IMG/VR virus record: IMGVR_UViG_3300044701_002822
Location: 12,828-76,827 of that record
Source of the DNA: a virus
DNA: 64,000 bases
Direction: 5' to 3' (one strand)
A program made the position numbers and the translations under genes. Under the pieces are notes generated by a model. That model did no database searches and was not told where the DNA came from. It was given only the letters and a program-made list of their open reading frames with translations. Shown here one piece after another: positions 28,395 to 38,099 of this stretch. Numbering within the stretch: position 1 is the first letter of the stretch; each line of letters opens with the position of its first letter.

Positions 28395-29586
28395 AGAAAA
28401 CAATACAGATTTATGTGTTTGTATAATAGATGATACAGATCAATATAACCCATGGATGCGTGAACTTGTAAAAAATACTGCCGACTATACAATTACAAAT
28501 GTAACAGGGTTTGGGTATGATGTGTATGTAAGTCGTAATCAAGACCAAGTATTAAAACAAGTGTCAGGTCTATATAAAAAAGCAGTTGTGATAAGTGCTG
28601 GTACAGAATTTATCAATGGCAGAAAGTTTTTCGATAACATACCAGACGATTTCTTTATACTTGGACATATATTAGATATGGGCGAGGGATATTATGGGTT
28701 ACATTATCAATGCTATATAATAAACCTTGATCTGTATGCAAAATTAAATTGTCCTGCTATAGGCGATACCAATTTTCTGTCACAACATACTCAAAAGACA
28801 CCAATAAGAAGTAAAGAAAATATTCACGACGATTATACACCATTGTGGATTAAGACAGGTAAGATACAAAATGTATACAAAAGTAAATTTCACGGGTGGA
28901 GAATAATCAGTGCCGGTCTTGAGGCAAATTATGAAATACGTGCTTTTGATGCAACACTTAGAGATAGTAAACATTACTTGTATAGAGATGTCGATACCAG
29001 CGACTGGATATACAAAAGATACAATTATTGTTTAGCCAACCATATTTTTGAACAAAGCACAGGAAGCTTACTATTTCCACGTCCGTATACATGTCCTATA
29101 ACACACCTAATACATCCAGCAGCAGGCATGAATTGGTTAGAAAAAATAAAAAATTCCGGCGGCTACAATTCCGATACGAAAGTTACTTTTTTTGATTACA
29201 ACGAAAATGCATTAGAAGAAATGTATAACAAAACCAAAGGCATAAAAATGAATTTTGATTTTATACCTATAGATGTTATTGCCGAGCCAGAAGAACTTGT
29301 TACCAAAGTAGATAGTTCACACGAACCTGTGGGTGTTGTTTTTCATATGAGTAATATTTTTGCTTACGAGGGTACAGCAAGCTTGATGCCATTAAAATAT
29401 AGAGTAGCACAAGAAAACAAATTTATAAAAAGTGTACAGAAATCTATGCCAATATGCTGTATAGATTTTGATCAACGGGCAGCTGAAGGATTTGTTTCAT
29501 GGAGAGAAGAAACAGGATTAGCCAAGGATTTGTTGCTCACTGATCTTTCAACTGTGGACTTGCCGTTTTGGCATACTTATGGTTGA
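28378..29586 (+). CDS. Hypothetical two-domain protein (possible GT-A-like N-terminus, methyltransferase-like C-terminus)
   Basis: 402-aa ORF; GHILD...LHYQCYIINL...NIHDDYTPLW; C-terminal PAAG...TFFDY...IDVI...MSNIF. Confidence 0.6.
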   Translation: MYYKGKENNTDLCVCIIDDTDQYNPWMRELVKNTADYTITNVTGFGYDVYVSRNQDQVLKQVSGLYKKAVVISAGTEFINGRKFFDNIPDDFFILGHILDMGEGYYGLHYQCYIINLDLYAKLNCPAIGDTNFLSQHTQKTPIRSKENIHDDYTPLWIKTGKIQNVYKSKFHGWRIISAGLEANYEIRAFDATLRDSKHYLYRDVDTSDWIYKRYNYCLANHIFEQSTGSLLFPRPYTCPITHLIHPAAGMNWLEKIKNSGGYNSDTKVTFFDYNENALEEMYNKTKGIKMNFDFIPIDVIAEPEELVTKVDSSHEPVGVVFHMSNIFAYEGTASLMPLKYRVAQENKFIKSVQKSMPICCIDFDQRAAEGFVSWREETGLAKDLLLTDLSTVDLPFWHTYG

Positions 29587-30619
29587 TAATTTCAAAAGCT
29601 ACTGGAGTTTCTGCTTTAGGAGCACACAGTCCACACCAACATTTCTTTTTCTTACAAACAATAGTAAGTGTACCTAATAAAAGTCTATCTATAATGCTTT
29701 GAGTATCTTTAAGATTTCCAATTGGACCTACACTGTTATCCCAATTCATACGACAATCCTTGTTTGTAAAGACTTCACCGGTGTGTTGTCGTATATACAA
29801 AAAGAATTTATCTACTGCACAACTCCAACCTTCGAAATTATTACCTTCTATATAGGTTGTATTGTAAGATGAATTAACACACATGTCGTTGCCTCCACAA
29901 CAGGCACGACCGGTACTATCTAAGTCAACACCTCGAGTAACAATTGCTTTTATTTTTTGAAGTAATTTAGTAGGAGGTTTTCCAGTCAGATATTCAACTT
30001 GGTCAGCAGTATAATTAAATCGAGTATCAAACCAATGATGGTCGATTTGTCTTTGCACAAACTTAAAGTTATGTTTCTTACAAAAATTGATTATTGACAT
30101 GCATTTTTCCCAATACTTTGGATGCATCATAACATTGACTTGAAAATTCTTTTGTTCAAACTTTAGTGTTATTAAATTATGTCTAAACAGTAATTCTTGT
30201 TTGGAAGTCATTTCTGCATGATAACTTACTGTAAAATAATCCACATGCTTGACAACTTCTTGCCATTTTTTTGATCCGGCAATTGAATTGGTAATTAATG
30301 CAACAGTTAATGTGTAATCAACCGATTTCTTTTTTTCTTGTATGTATTCAAGTATTTTTATAATATTAGGATGAAATATGCTTTCACCACCTTGAATATT
30401 TAATCCTGCAATTTTTAAATGATCGGGTTTCGAATTCATTTGTATTTGCAAATATTCAAATATAAAATCAACTGTTTTGATAATTTCATCTAAAGAAGGA
30501 TGAGACAATTTGTTGTTATGTCCATCGCCACAATAGCTGCAATCCATGTTACATTTAAGTGTAATTTCCCATGCGATTTGAAAACTTAAATTTCCTACAG
30601 GTTCTACTGACTTAAACAT
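29537..30619 (-). CDS. Radical SAM protein with C-terminal Cys cluster
   Basis: IAWEITLKCNMDCSYC; GGES; RACCGG...GWSC...CKKKKCWCGLC; close paralog of 25571..26605. Confidence 0.92.
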   Translation of the reverse strand: MFKSVEPVGNLSFQIAWEITLKCNMDCSYCGDGHNNKLSHPSLDEIIKTVDFIFEYLQIQMNSKPDHLKIAGLNIQGGESIFHPNIIKILEYIQEKKKSVDYTLTVALITNSIAGSKKWQEVVKHVDYFTVSYHAEMTSKQELLFRHNLITLKFEQKNFQVNVMMHPKYWEKCMSIINFCKKHNFKFVQRQIDHHWFDTRFNYTADQVEYLTGKPPTKLLQKIKAIVTRGVDLDSTGRACCGGNDMCVNSSYNTTYIEGNNFEGWSCAVDKFFLYIRQHTGEVFTNKDCRMNWDNSVGPIGNLKDTQSIIDRLLLGTLTIVCKKKKCWCGLCAPKAETPVAFEIINHKYAKTASPQLKDQ

Positions 30620-31560
30620 TTTTTAATTCCTATTTCTCCAGTACACCCACAAATTTCTTTTGTGCAAGTAACAGGTTTTATCACAGGAGAAAAACTAAAG
30701 TTAGGATCATTTATATTATAAGGTTTATCAAAAAGTTTTTGCTGACAGTTACCTGTAAGTAAGCCATTGGTTATTTTTAAATGATCAACTCCTAAATTGC
30801 AACTCCATCCACGAAAATAATTTAAATTATTTCTAGTAATCCAACTGTCGCTGTTTGTAACAACTTTAGTATTGTCTGCTTGTGTAATTGTTATTTCAGT
30901 TTGCGGCTTACGAGAGGTATGTTCAAACCATTCTGTATCAGGGTATCGTTTAATTGGATCATCAAAGAATTTTAACTGTTCTATTTTATACTTGTGTATT
31001 CCATCAAAGTGTACTACCTTAGCAATTATTGGCCATGCATATACACTGGTTTGAAAATAATCTACTAGGCTAACACATTTTTCAAATGCTGCTGGATCCA
31101 TCAATACATCAACATTTACAAATACACCTGCTTGATATAAAAAATCAGCAAGTTTAGCAATTTTACCCTGCTTGGCATATTCATGATGAACACTAATATT
31201 AACATGATCTAAAACTCTGCCAGCCTTGGTCCACCAAATAATTCCTCTAGTGGCATTTGTACTAATTTCTAAAATGCAATTGTAATTCTGTTTAAGCCAT
31301 TCGATTAATGGTAAAAAATCATCCCATAGTGTAGGCTCTCCACCTACAAAAAAAATGTTAAAAATTTCTTTACCATTATTTTTGTAATGATCTAAAACTT
31401 TTTTAAGATTTTTCTTAACTGTTTCTAATTCTGGCCAAGGCAAATCGCCTTCGTTACTTCCCGGAAAGCAGTAATTACACTTTTGATTACAAGTGTTTCC
31501 TAACATGTATTCTATTCGCAGTACATTATCAGGCTGATTGTTTTCAACTTTAATAATCAT
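30604..31560 (-). CDS. Radical SAM protein with C-terminal Cys cluster
   Basis: GNTCNQKCNYC; GGEP; FRGWSC...GNC...CTKEICGC. Confidence 0.92.
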   Translation of the reverse strand: MIIKVENNQPDNVLRIEYMLGNTCNQKCNYCFPGSNEGDLPWPELETVKKNLKKVLDHYKNNGKEIFNIFFVGGEPTLWDDFLPLIEWLKQNYNCILEISTNATRGIIWWTKAGRVLDHVNISVHHEYAKQGKIAKLADFLYQAGVFVNVDVLMDPAAFEKCVSLVDYFQTSVYAWPIIAKVVHFDGIHKYKIEQLKFFDDPIKRYPDTEWFEHTSRKPQTEITITQADNTKVVTNSDSWITRNNLNYFRGWSCNLGVDHLKITNGLLTGNCQQKLFDKPYNINDPNFSFSPVIKPVTCTKEICGCTGEIGIKKCLSQ

Positions 31561-32942
31561 AGTAAATGAGCCAACTCCGGAAAAACTTTTTTAGCTTCTA
31601 GTCCACGAATTTTGTCCAGTTTATTTACGTATTCTTTAAATCCAGATAAAAGATGGCTGTTGTCGGCACTGTCCATGTGATTAAGTATTGCTTCCCAACG
31701 TCTCCATCCATACGGATTATGTTCCCAAAAGTCTGTGTCAGTTGTATACCAGTTATACAGCCAACCTTTAAAACTCATAAATGTATCTCTTATTTCTTCT
31801 TTATCTTCTTTAGGAAGCATTTGTATGCTTAAAAATGTAGGAATATAAAGCAAGTGCATGTTGATTAAGCCGCCGCCGGCTGCAACACCTCTTATAACTT
31901 CTGTGTTTACCTTTTTAAAATTGCTGGTTACTTTCCAGTGTATAAAATCTGGTAAGTGTTTGATATTAAAAATTTGCACGGCTGTTGCAATACTAGGACG
32001 TATGTTTTCAGGTGTATTATCTAACATATGCAGATTGCGTTCAACAGTTTCCCAGTCTGTGGGATATCTTATATAGTTATTGCGAGAACCTGCTGCATCT
32101 ATACTAACTCCAACTTTGACTTTACCGAAATATTTCCATAGATTTATTAAATCTTCATCAATTAATATTCCGTTGGTGTTGTATCTTAATGTTATATTAG
32201 TGCTGAATCCTTGTCTTACAATTTCTTCTATAAACTTTTTATGCTCTTTAATCATAAGAGGTTCACCGCCAGCAAAATAAACTTCACGTAGATTTGGTAT
32301 TTGTTTATAAAGTTGATTCCAAAATTCTTCGCTTTCGTGCCATTTATTGTTAAAGGAATCTTTGTCCCATTGCATCTGATTTTTTACAGTTGCATTTTCA
32401 AGGTTAGGATATAATTCTTTCCAATCTTTTACCCACTTGCTACTGTCATGTGGACTGCACATCACGCACTTAATGTTACAAGTGTGTCCTAGTCTTAGGT
32501 CAAGATAAACTAACTTTTCAGGAACTCTGCCATCAGCCTTGGTGTTATTTAATAGCGTTTTAAGATTTTGTCCTCGTTCCATCCACGATGTTGTTTCCCA
32601 CATGCGTTTGCTAACTATGCCTTTGTCTTCTTCTTCGAAGCATTTAGTACAACTTGCAGGAACTTTTCCTTCCATCATAGTTTTACGGACATTTCTCATG
32701 TAGTCGCTGTTCCATGCCTCCATAGGTGTAGTGTTTGCAAAATTGATATGTTCACCTATATCGTTTTTTACAATGCCTATTGTGTGATCGTTACCAGCAC
32801 CGCTGGCGTTGGCACTACAGCACAATCTCATATCACCATTGGGTCTAGTTGCCATATGTAACCACGGCAAAGCACAAAATGTAGGAGTTGCTTGATCAGA
32901 AATTGTTTCTTGCCATGTTTCTAAATATTTTGCTACAGTCAT
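31557..32942 (-). CDS. Radical SAM protein with N-terminal twitch domain
   Basis: FCALPW...LCC...CTKC, then TCNIKCVMC; AGGEP; YNTN. Confidence 0.93.
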   Translation of the reverse strand: MTVAKYLETWQETISDQATPTFCALPWLHMATRPNGDMRLCCSANASGAGNDHTIGIVKNDIGEHINFANTTPMEAWNSDYMRNVRKTMMEGKVPASCTKCFEEEDKGIVSKRMWETTSWMERGQNLKTLLNNTKADGRVPEKLVYLDLRLGHTCNIKCVMCSPHDSSKWVKDWKELYPNLENATVKNQMQWDKDSFNNKWHESEEFWNQLYKQIPNLREVYFAGGEPLMIKEHKKFIEEIVRQGFSTNITLRYNTNGILIDEDLINLWKYFGKVKVGVSIDAAGSRNNYIRYPTDWETVERNLHMLDNTPENIRPSIATAVQIFNIKHLPDFIHWKVTSNFKKVNTEVIRGVAAGGGLINMHLLYIPTFLSIQMLPKEDKEEIRDTFMSFKGWLYNWYTTDTDFWEHNPYGWRRWEAILNHMDSADNSHLLSGFKEYVNKLDKIRGLEAKKVFPELAHLL

Positions 32943-33550
32943 TTGTATCCTATTACTAGAAACCTATTGTACAAAGGTAATTCTAATGTATCTGTTTTTA
33001 ATATATTACTTAGCCCGCTATGTGTAGCAAAATTTTCTACAGTATCAAAACACCGTATATGTTCAGGTAATGCATAGTAATTGTTATTTTGTAAAACAAT
33101 TAAACTGTCGTTTGGAACATTTTTTAGCCAGCGGTTGTATTTGTCTTGTGCTACATGTTCAGTGCTAGTATTGATAACAATGTTAGGAGTTTTATTGTAA
33201 ACGTAATACTCCATATCTTGTATAACTTGTAAAAATCTACCTTCAATTTCTTGACGTTTGCAGATATCACTAGCAGGACCTGCTGTTTCACTTTCAATGT
33301 CTACATTTTCTATACGATTAATACTTATACCACTGTTAAACAGTAAACTTGCTAGTACACCATTCCAGCCGCCATGTATTACAATATCAAGTGGATTTCC
33401 GTTAACAGGTATATAAGGATAAAGATTTTTTATCAGCCACTCTTTACTGCGAAGTTGTCCTTTCCAAAAACTTTCTAAAACGCCATAGTGATTTTCACTG
33501 TTACGCACAGCGTCCATCCAATACGCTACGTCTTCTAAGCTTATGTACAC
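32939..33550 (-). CDS. Class I SAM-dependent methyltransferase-like protein
   Basis: GQLRSKEWL...IHGGWNG...NVDIE...VINTSTEH; paralog of 872..1780. Confidence 0.75.
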   Translation of the reverse strand: MYISLEDVAYWMDAVRNSENHYGVLESFWKGQLRSKEWLIKNLYPYIPVNGNPLDIVIHGGWNGVLASLLFNSGISINRIENVDIESETAGPASDICKRQEIEGRFLQVIQDMEYYVYNKTPNIVINTSTEHVAQDKYNRWLKNVPNDSLIVLQNNNYYALPEHIRCFDTVENFATHSGLSNILKTDTLELPLYNRFLVIGYK

Positions 33551-34683
33551 AACACTTCTCTTAGCGGAATGTCTAAATTTTTAATGCCAAATAAAAACTT
33601 TTTTCTATTTAGAATTCTTCTTTTTTGTGTTATTAGGTTTAGCTGTTGTATGTTGTTAGTTGACATTACTTTATGCATACTTTCTATAGCTTTAAAAACA
33701 CGAACACTATCATCGGCAGTATCGTAACTATGATCAACAATATCATCAAACATGTCAAACCCTAATAATCGTAATCTTTGTACTAACCCTCTTGGTCCTA
33801 TTATAACAGGTATTTGTCCTGCTGTAAAGACTTTCCATGTTTTTTCAGTAATAAATGTTTCATCTATAAAATTGTACTCGGGCAAATAATATGTTTCTGT
33901 AACCAAATTTATAAGTGTATTATCATAGATTTTTGGATGTAAATCATTTGGTAAACTTTTGTTTGATAAATCATATGTGTCAACAACTAGAGGAAGTTTT
34001 TTATTTGTTATACTTACTTTTTGTTTTATAATATTTTGATATTCTGTGGGTATTTCGGGCAGGCGAGATAAAATTGAGTTTTCAAAATTGTCGTCACTAT
34101 CAAATTCATAACTACGATCGTTAGCTGTTACAATACCATCCTCTAAAATGTCAACAACGTCTAAGTAAGCAATTGTAAATAATCTATGCAATCTTGGGCG
34201 ATTATTCATACAGCAATACCAAATATTTTTTTGATACTTTACTGGAATTTCGCAATCATTTACCCAATCACGCATCCGGTGATACCAAAGATTGTGACTC
34301 CACACATAAAAAGCACTTGGCACTTTTTTCTTTTCCAACCAATGGTCATATACTTTTTGTGATTCTAAGTGACCTGTAGCATAAATTATTTTTTTGTGTA
34401 AAGTGTGTTTGTTTACAAATTCGTGTACATCACTAAAGCTAAGATAAGCATACCCCTCTTCGGTGTCATCAAGGACAATATAAAAGTGTTCACGCTGTCT
34501 TGCTAAGTCTATTAACCAAGTGGGTACAGGTTCGGATGCGTTTCTAAATCTTACAAAATAAAAATAGAATCCGTTTGGATTGTTTTGCCAAACGGATAAC
34601 TCTTGTTGTATTAGTCCAATCTCATCGAGATTGTTTATTCCATTGTAATTTGTATAACAATTTACTTGATTATTTGTTTCCAA
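33541..34683 (-). CDS. Glycosyltransferase-like protein ('TEK', GT10-like family)
   Basis: NNRPRLHR...NLVTET...FITEKTWK...P...GFDMFDDIVDHSYD. Confidence 0.65.
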   Translation of the reverse strand: METNNQVNCYTNYNGINNLDEIGLIQQELSVWQNNPNGFYFYFVRFRNASEPVPTWLIDLARQREHFYIVLDDTEEGYAYLSFSDVHEFVNKHTLHKKIIYATGHLESQKVYDHWLEKKKVPSAFYVWSHNLWYHRMRDWVNDCEIPVKYQKNIWYCCMNNRPRLHRLFTIAYLDVVDILEDGIVTANDRSYEFDSDDNFENSILSRLPEIPTEYQNIIKQKVSITNKKLPLVVDTYDLSNKSLPNDLHPKIYDNTLINLVTETYYLPEYNFIDETFITEKTWKVFTAGQIPVIIGPRGLVQRLRLLGFDMFDDIVDHSYDTADDSVRVFKAIESMHKVMSTNNIQQLNLITQKRRILNRKKFLFGIKNLDIPLREVLCT

Positions 34684-35573
34684 TGATGGATAGTCCTATC
34701 AATACCTTCTTCATAAGAAATTTTAGGTGCCCAACCAGTTTTGCTGGTTAAAAGGTTATGGTTACTATTCAACCAATAAATTTCCCCATGTCTTGGCGGC
34801 TTAGTATTCCAATTAACTTGACCATTCCATTGTAGCTGTTCAGCAATGTAGTTGGCACAGTCTTTGATTTTTCTAGGATCATCTGGGCCAATAGTGTAAA
34901 AGTTTCCTTTACACGCAGCTCTATTTTCAATAACAGCCATCCATGCGTCTAACAAGTCGTCAATGTATATAAAGTTTCTATAAGGCTCAGCATATCCTAA
35001 GTTACAAACATCACCCTTTAACATCTGGCTAATAATTTGTTCGGTTACAAAATAATTGTTGTCTTTACGACCATAGCTGTTGGTTTGTCTAAAACTTGCA
35101 AATTCTAATCCGTATGCTCTTGAAGCGTACTCTAAATATTTTTCACAACCATATTTTGCTACAGCATAAGGTGCATTAGGGTTAGGTTGAGTATGCTCGT
35201 CAAATGCTACGCTGTTTACATAAGTTCCAGTTTCCTCTACTTCATCACTGATAGGTTGCCATCCATAAACTTCCATTGTGCTAGCAAACACAAAGTAAGG
35301 CATTGGATCTAGCTGTCTACAAGCTTCGATAAGATTTACAGTTCCTACATAATTTACTTCACTAAACTCAATTTGTTCATAGAAACTTTCTTGAACTTCA
35401 GTTCGTGCAGCAAGATGAACAATTATATCAGGTTTTGCTTGTGCAACTTCAGCCTTTACATCACTGTGTTTTTTTAGATCACTTTTTAACTCATGTACTT
35501 CTCCCATGGCCTTTAAACGCGGCAACAAATGTTGACCTATAAATCCGCTACTTCCTGTTATTAATATTTTCAT
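34662..35573 (-). CDS. NAD-dependent nucleotide-sugar epimerase/dehydratase (extended SDR)
   Basis: ILITGSSGFIG, HLAA, ASTMEVYG, PYAVAK (YxxxK), RNFIYIDD. Confidence 0.93.
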   Translation of the reverse strand: MKILITGSSGFIGQHLLPRLKAMGEVHELKSDLKKHSDVKAEVAQAKPDIIVHLAARTEVQESFYEQIEFSEVNYVGTVNLIEACRQLDPMPYFVFASTMEVYGWQPISDEVEETGTYVNSVAFDEHTQPNPNAPYAVAKYGCEKYLEYASRAYGLEFASFRQTNSYGRKDNNYFVTEQIISQMLKGDVCNLGYAEPYRNFIYIDDLLDAWMAVIENRAACKGNFYTIGPDDPRKIKDCANYIAEQLQWNGQVNWNTKPPRHGEIYWLNSNHNLLTSKTGWAPKISYEEGIDRTIHHWKQIIK

Positions 35574-36651
35574 AATGCTCTCTCAAAAATTTAAATTTGT
35601 TTTGATAACCTTCGGTACTTGCTATATTTAAAAATTCTAAATGATTATGTACGTGAAAATGGTTAGAATTTTTTGGAAGCAATTTGTTTATGCGTTTGCG
35701 AGTTTTTTTATTTTCCACTATAGACAACATATTCAACCAGTTATGATGTACTTTAGACTGTACAGCATCTCTCAAATACTGAATGTTATAAGTAGTTAAT
35801 TTTTTAATTTGCTGCATGTACATATCGCATCTTATTTCGTCGTCTTCAATTTCGTCAAAACTGTAGTCAATTATGTCATCAAAAATTTCAAAACCTAAAC
35901 TTTTCATATATGCGTTTGCCAATGGATGTCCGTAAATAACAAATGGTCTTCTGTGGTAGATAGGAATATATGTTTTTTCTGTAATGAATTGAACGTCAGT
36001 TGCTGATTCGCAAATTACACTGAATACACTATTTTTAAAATGTTGTGGCGGTCTTAGTATGTCTGCTATTCCACCCTCTGGCCTTGTAAATTCTTCGTCA
36101 AACTTTAGTGACTCCGGCGACCACCATTTAAATTTGTAACTATCAAATGTTCTATTTTCAAAATTATGAAAACTGATATAACCTTTTTCAAACAATTGTT
36201 CTTTATACATATAATCTAAAAACATTTGTCTGTGAGGATGAGCTCTACCATTCATACTAACAAAGTGTTTTGTTGGGTTAGCATTTATTCCATAAGGATT
36301 TAAATCGTGGGTTAGTGCATGACAGATAACTTGATGTGCAAACCAAGTTTCCCATGGCACTAAATTTTCTGAAAACATATTTAAGTCATGCCTGTATCCA
36401 AATTCGTTTGATATATTGTTACCAACTAAACACGTAAGTTCTACATTATAGTATTTGCAAAATCCTAGAAATATGTCAAAACTTTGCTGGTCTTGAAACC
36501 AAGGTTGAAAATTATATTCTGACGGCATCAAAAGTATTATTTTGTATATTTTTTTATTTTTTACAGCATCAACTAAAATTAAGTAATCTCGATGATCAAA
36601 TCCCCATACGTCACAAAAATATACTCCATCTATTATTCTTCCGAAATTCAT
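35548..36651 (-). CDS. Glycosyltransferase-like protein ('TEK', GT10-like family)
   Basis: MNGRAHPHR...VICES...FITEKTYIP...PF...LGFEIFDDIIDYSFD. Confidence 0.65.
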   Translation of the reverse strand: MNFGRIIDGVYFCDVWGFDHRDYLILVDAVKNKKIYKIILLMPSEYNFQPWFQDQQSFDIFLGFCKYYNVELTCLVGNNISNEFGYRHDLNMFSENLVPWETWFAHQVICHALTHDLNPYGINANPTKHFVSMNGRAHPHRQMFLDYMYKEQLFEKGYISFHNFENRTFDSYKFKWWSPESLKFDEEFTRPEGGIADILRPPQHFKNSVFSVICESATDVQFITEKTYIPIYHRRPFVIYGHPLANAYMKSLGFEIFDDIIDYSFDEIEDDEIRCDMYMQQIKKLTTYNIQYLRDAVQSKVHHNWLNMLSIVENKKTRKRINKLLPKNSNHFHVHNHLEFLNIASTEGYQNKFKFLREHYENINNRK

Positions 36652-36670
36652 TTTGTAATTGGCATCCTTT

Positions 36671-36678
36671 TATAAATA
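36671..36678 (+). promoter_or_regulatory. T4-like late promoter TATAAATA
   Basis: TATAAATA-tttt-ATG (36683). Confidence 0.7.
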
Positions 36679-36682
36679 TTTT

Positions 36683-37279
36683 ATGTTTGATATTGTGTCT
36701 CAGTTTGAAGAAAAAATTGCAGATTTTTATGGTGCACCATATGCAGTAGCAACTGATTGTTGCACACATGCTATCGAACTTTGTTTAAGATACACAAAAT
36801 CAAACAATTTAACTATTCCTACTCATACATACTTATCGATTCCTATGACAGCAATGAAATTGAATTTGAACTGGCAGTGGAATGATTCGATCTGGGAAAA
36901 TTACTATTATATTACAGAAAATATAATTGATGCTGCGGTTTTGTGGAAACCCAATAGTTACATACCAAATACATATATGTGTGTGAGTTTTCAATTTAAA
37001 AAACATCTGAGCTTAGGAAGAGGCGGTATTATACTTTTAGATAATTTGCAAGCCAAAAATGATTTAATAAAATTAAGTTATGACGGACGTCACAGAGATG
37101 CACCATGGCCGGCTCAATCTATAGATAGTTTAGGCTATCATTATTACATGACTCCTGAGACTGCACAATTAGGTTTAAACAAATTAGAAGATGCAATTAT
37201 CAAGCAACCTAAAATATGGGGCACAAACGATTATCCCGATTTAAGAACTATGCCGGTTTTTGATACCAAACTTCAATAA
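36683..37279 (+). CDS. DegT/DnrJ/EryC1/StrS-family PLP aminotransferase, minimal (~198 aa)
   Basis: FEEKIADFYGAPYAVATDCCTHAIEL, IDAA, SFQFKKHLSLGRGG (PLP Lys), GYHYYM; start set at the ATG at 36683. Confidence 0.88.
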   Translation: MFDIVSQFEEKIADFYGAPYAVATDCCTHAIELCLRYTKSNNLTIPTHTYLSIPMTAMKLNLNWQWNDSIWENYYYITENIIDAAVLWKPNSYIPNTYMCVSFQFKKHLSLGRGGIILLDNLQAKNDLIKLSYDGRHRDAPWPAQSIDSLGYHYYMTPETAQLGLNKLEDAIIKQPKIWGTNDYPDLRTMPVFDTKLQ

Positions 37280-38066
37280 TGTTATAGTGATCAATACAAT
37301 TATCAAACACTGTTTTATATCGTATATCTACTAATCTATTAAAGTACTCTATAGTTTTTGGAACATTGGGTTTATAAACTGTTTTTACATGATTTTCAAC
37401 ACAGGTTTGTAATTCGTTAAATAATTCAACTGTTGTGGATTTTAATGTTAATCCTAATTTTGGATATATCCAATCTTTTACAATATTCATATGCCCTTTT
37501 ATATCAGGATGACAATCAGGAATCACTCCAAATGGTTTGTTTGTTTCGGTTAATTCAAATGTATAAACAGGAATTTCAGGCAACATAGCTGTGTAAAAAT
37601 CTACTAATTCTTTTGATTTTTTACTTACATTTGTTATAAATGCCTCGTTGGTTGCTAATTCAAATGCACTGCCTTGCCAAACAATGTTTTTATGAAATAG
37701 GTCATTGGCAATCTTTATTGCTGTAGCATTTTTTACTATATCGTTGTCGTAACTCCAATATCGTTTAATATAGTAATTACTGTATTCTGGATTATTTGAA
37801 TTGAATACACTACCAGCAGCTACCCATCGCCGATCTCTTACACGATCTTCTCGACTCCAACTTGTCCATAATATAAAAATTTTATCATCATCTGTAAATT
37901 TTAATTTGTTGTTAGCTTCAATCATTCTATGCAAGATGCCAACATTACCCAACCCTGCAATGCCAAAGTTATGGTATTCAACTCCTTGATCGTAACCTAT
38001 AACTTTAGCCCATGTTGGCCACCCATATTGAGTAAAACTACAACCAAAAAATATTAATCTGCTCAT
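37248..38066 (-). CDS. SGNH/GDSL-like hydrolase/acyltransferase
   Basis: FFGCSFT (block I Ser), GIAGLGN, WT...R, DCHP (DxH). Confidence 0.72.
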   Translation of the reverse strand: MSRLIFFGCSFTQYGWPTWAKVIGYDQGVEYHNFGIAGLGNVGILHRMIEANNKLKFTDDDKIFILWTSWSREDRVRDRRWVAAGSVFNSNNPEYSNYYIKRYWSYDNDIVKNATAIKIANDLFHKNIVWQGSAFELATNEAFITNVSKKSKELVDFYTAMLPEIPVYTFELTETNKPFGVIPDCHPDIKGHMNIVKDWIYPKLGLTLKSTTVELFNELQTCVENHVKTVYKPNVPKTIEYFNRLVDIRYKTVFDNCIDHYNIIEVWYQKPA

Positions 38067-38075
38067 CCAAAACCT

Positions 38076-38099
38076 TAAATAATGTTATGAATATTTATA
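38076..38099. promoter_or_regulatory. Overlapping divergent late-type promoters
   Basis: Plus TAAATA (38076-38081)-N5-ATG 38087; minus TATAAATA (38099-38092) upstream of the ATG at 38066. Confidence 0.62.
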
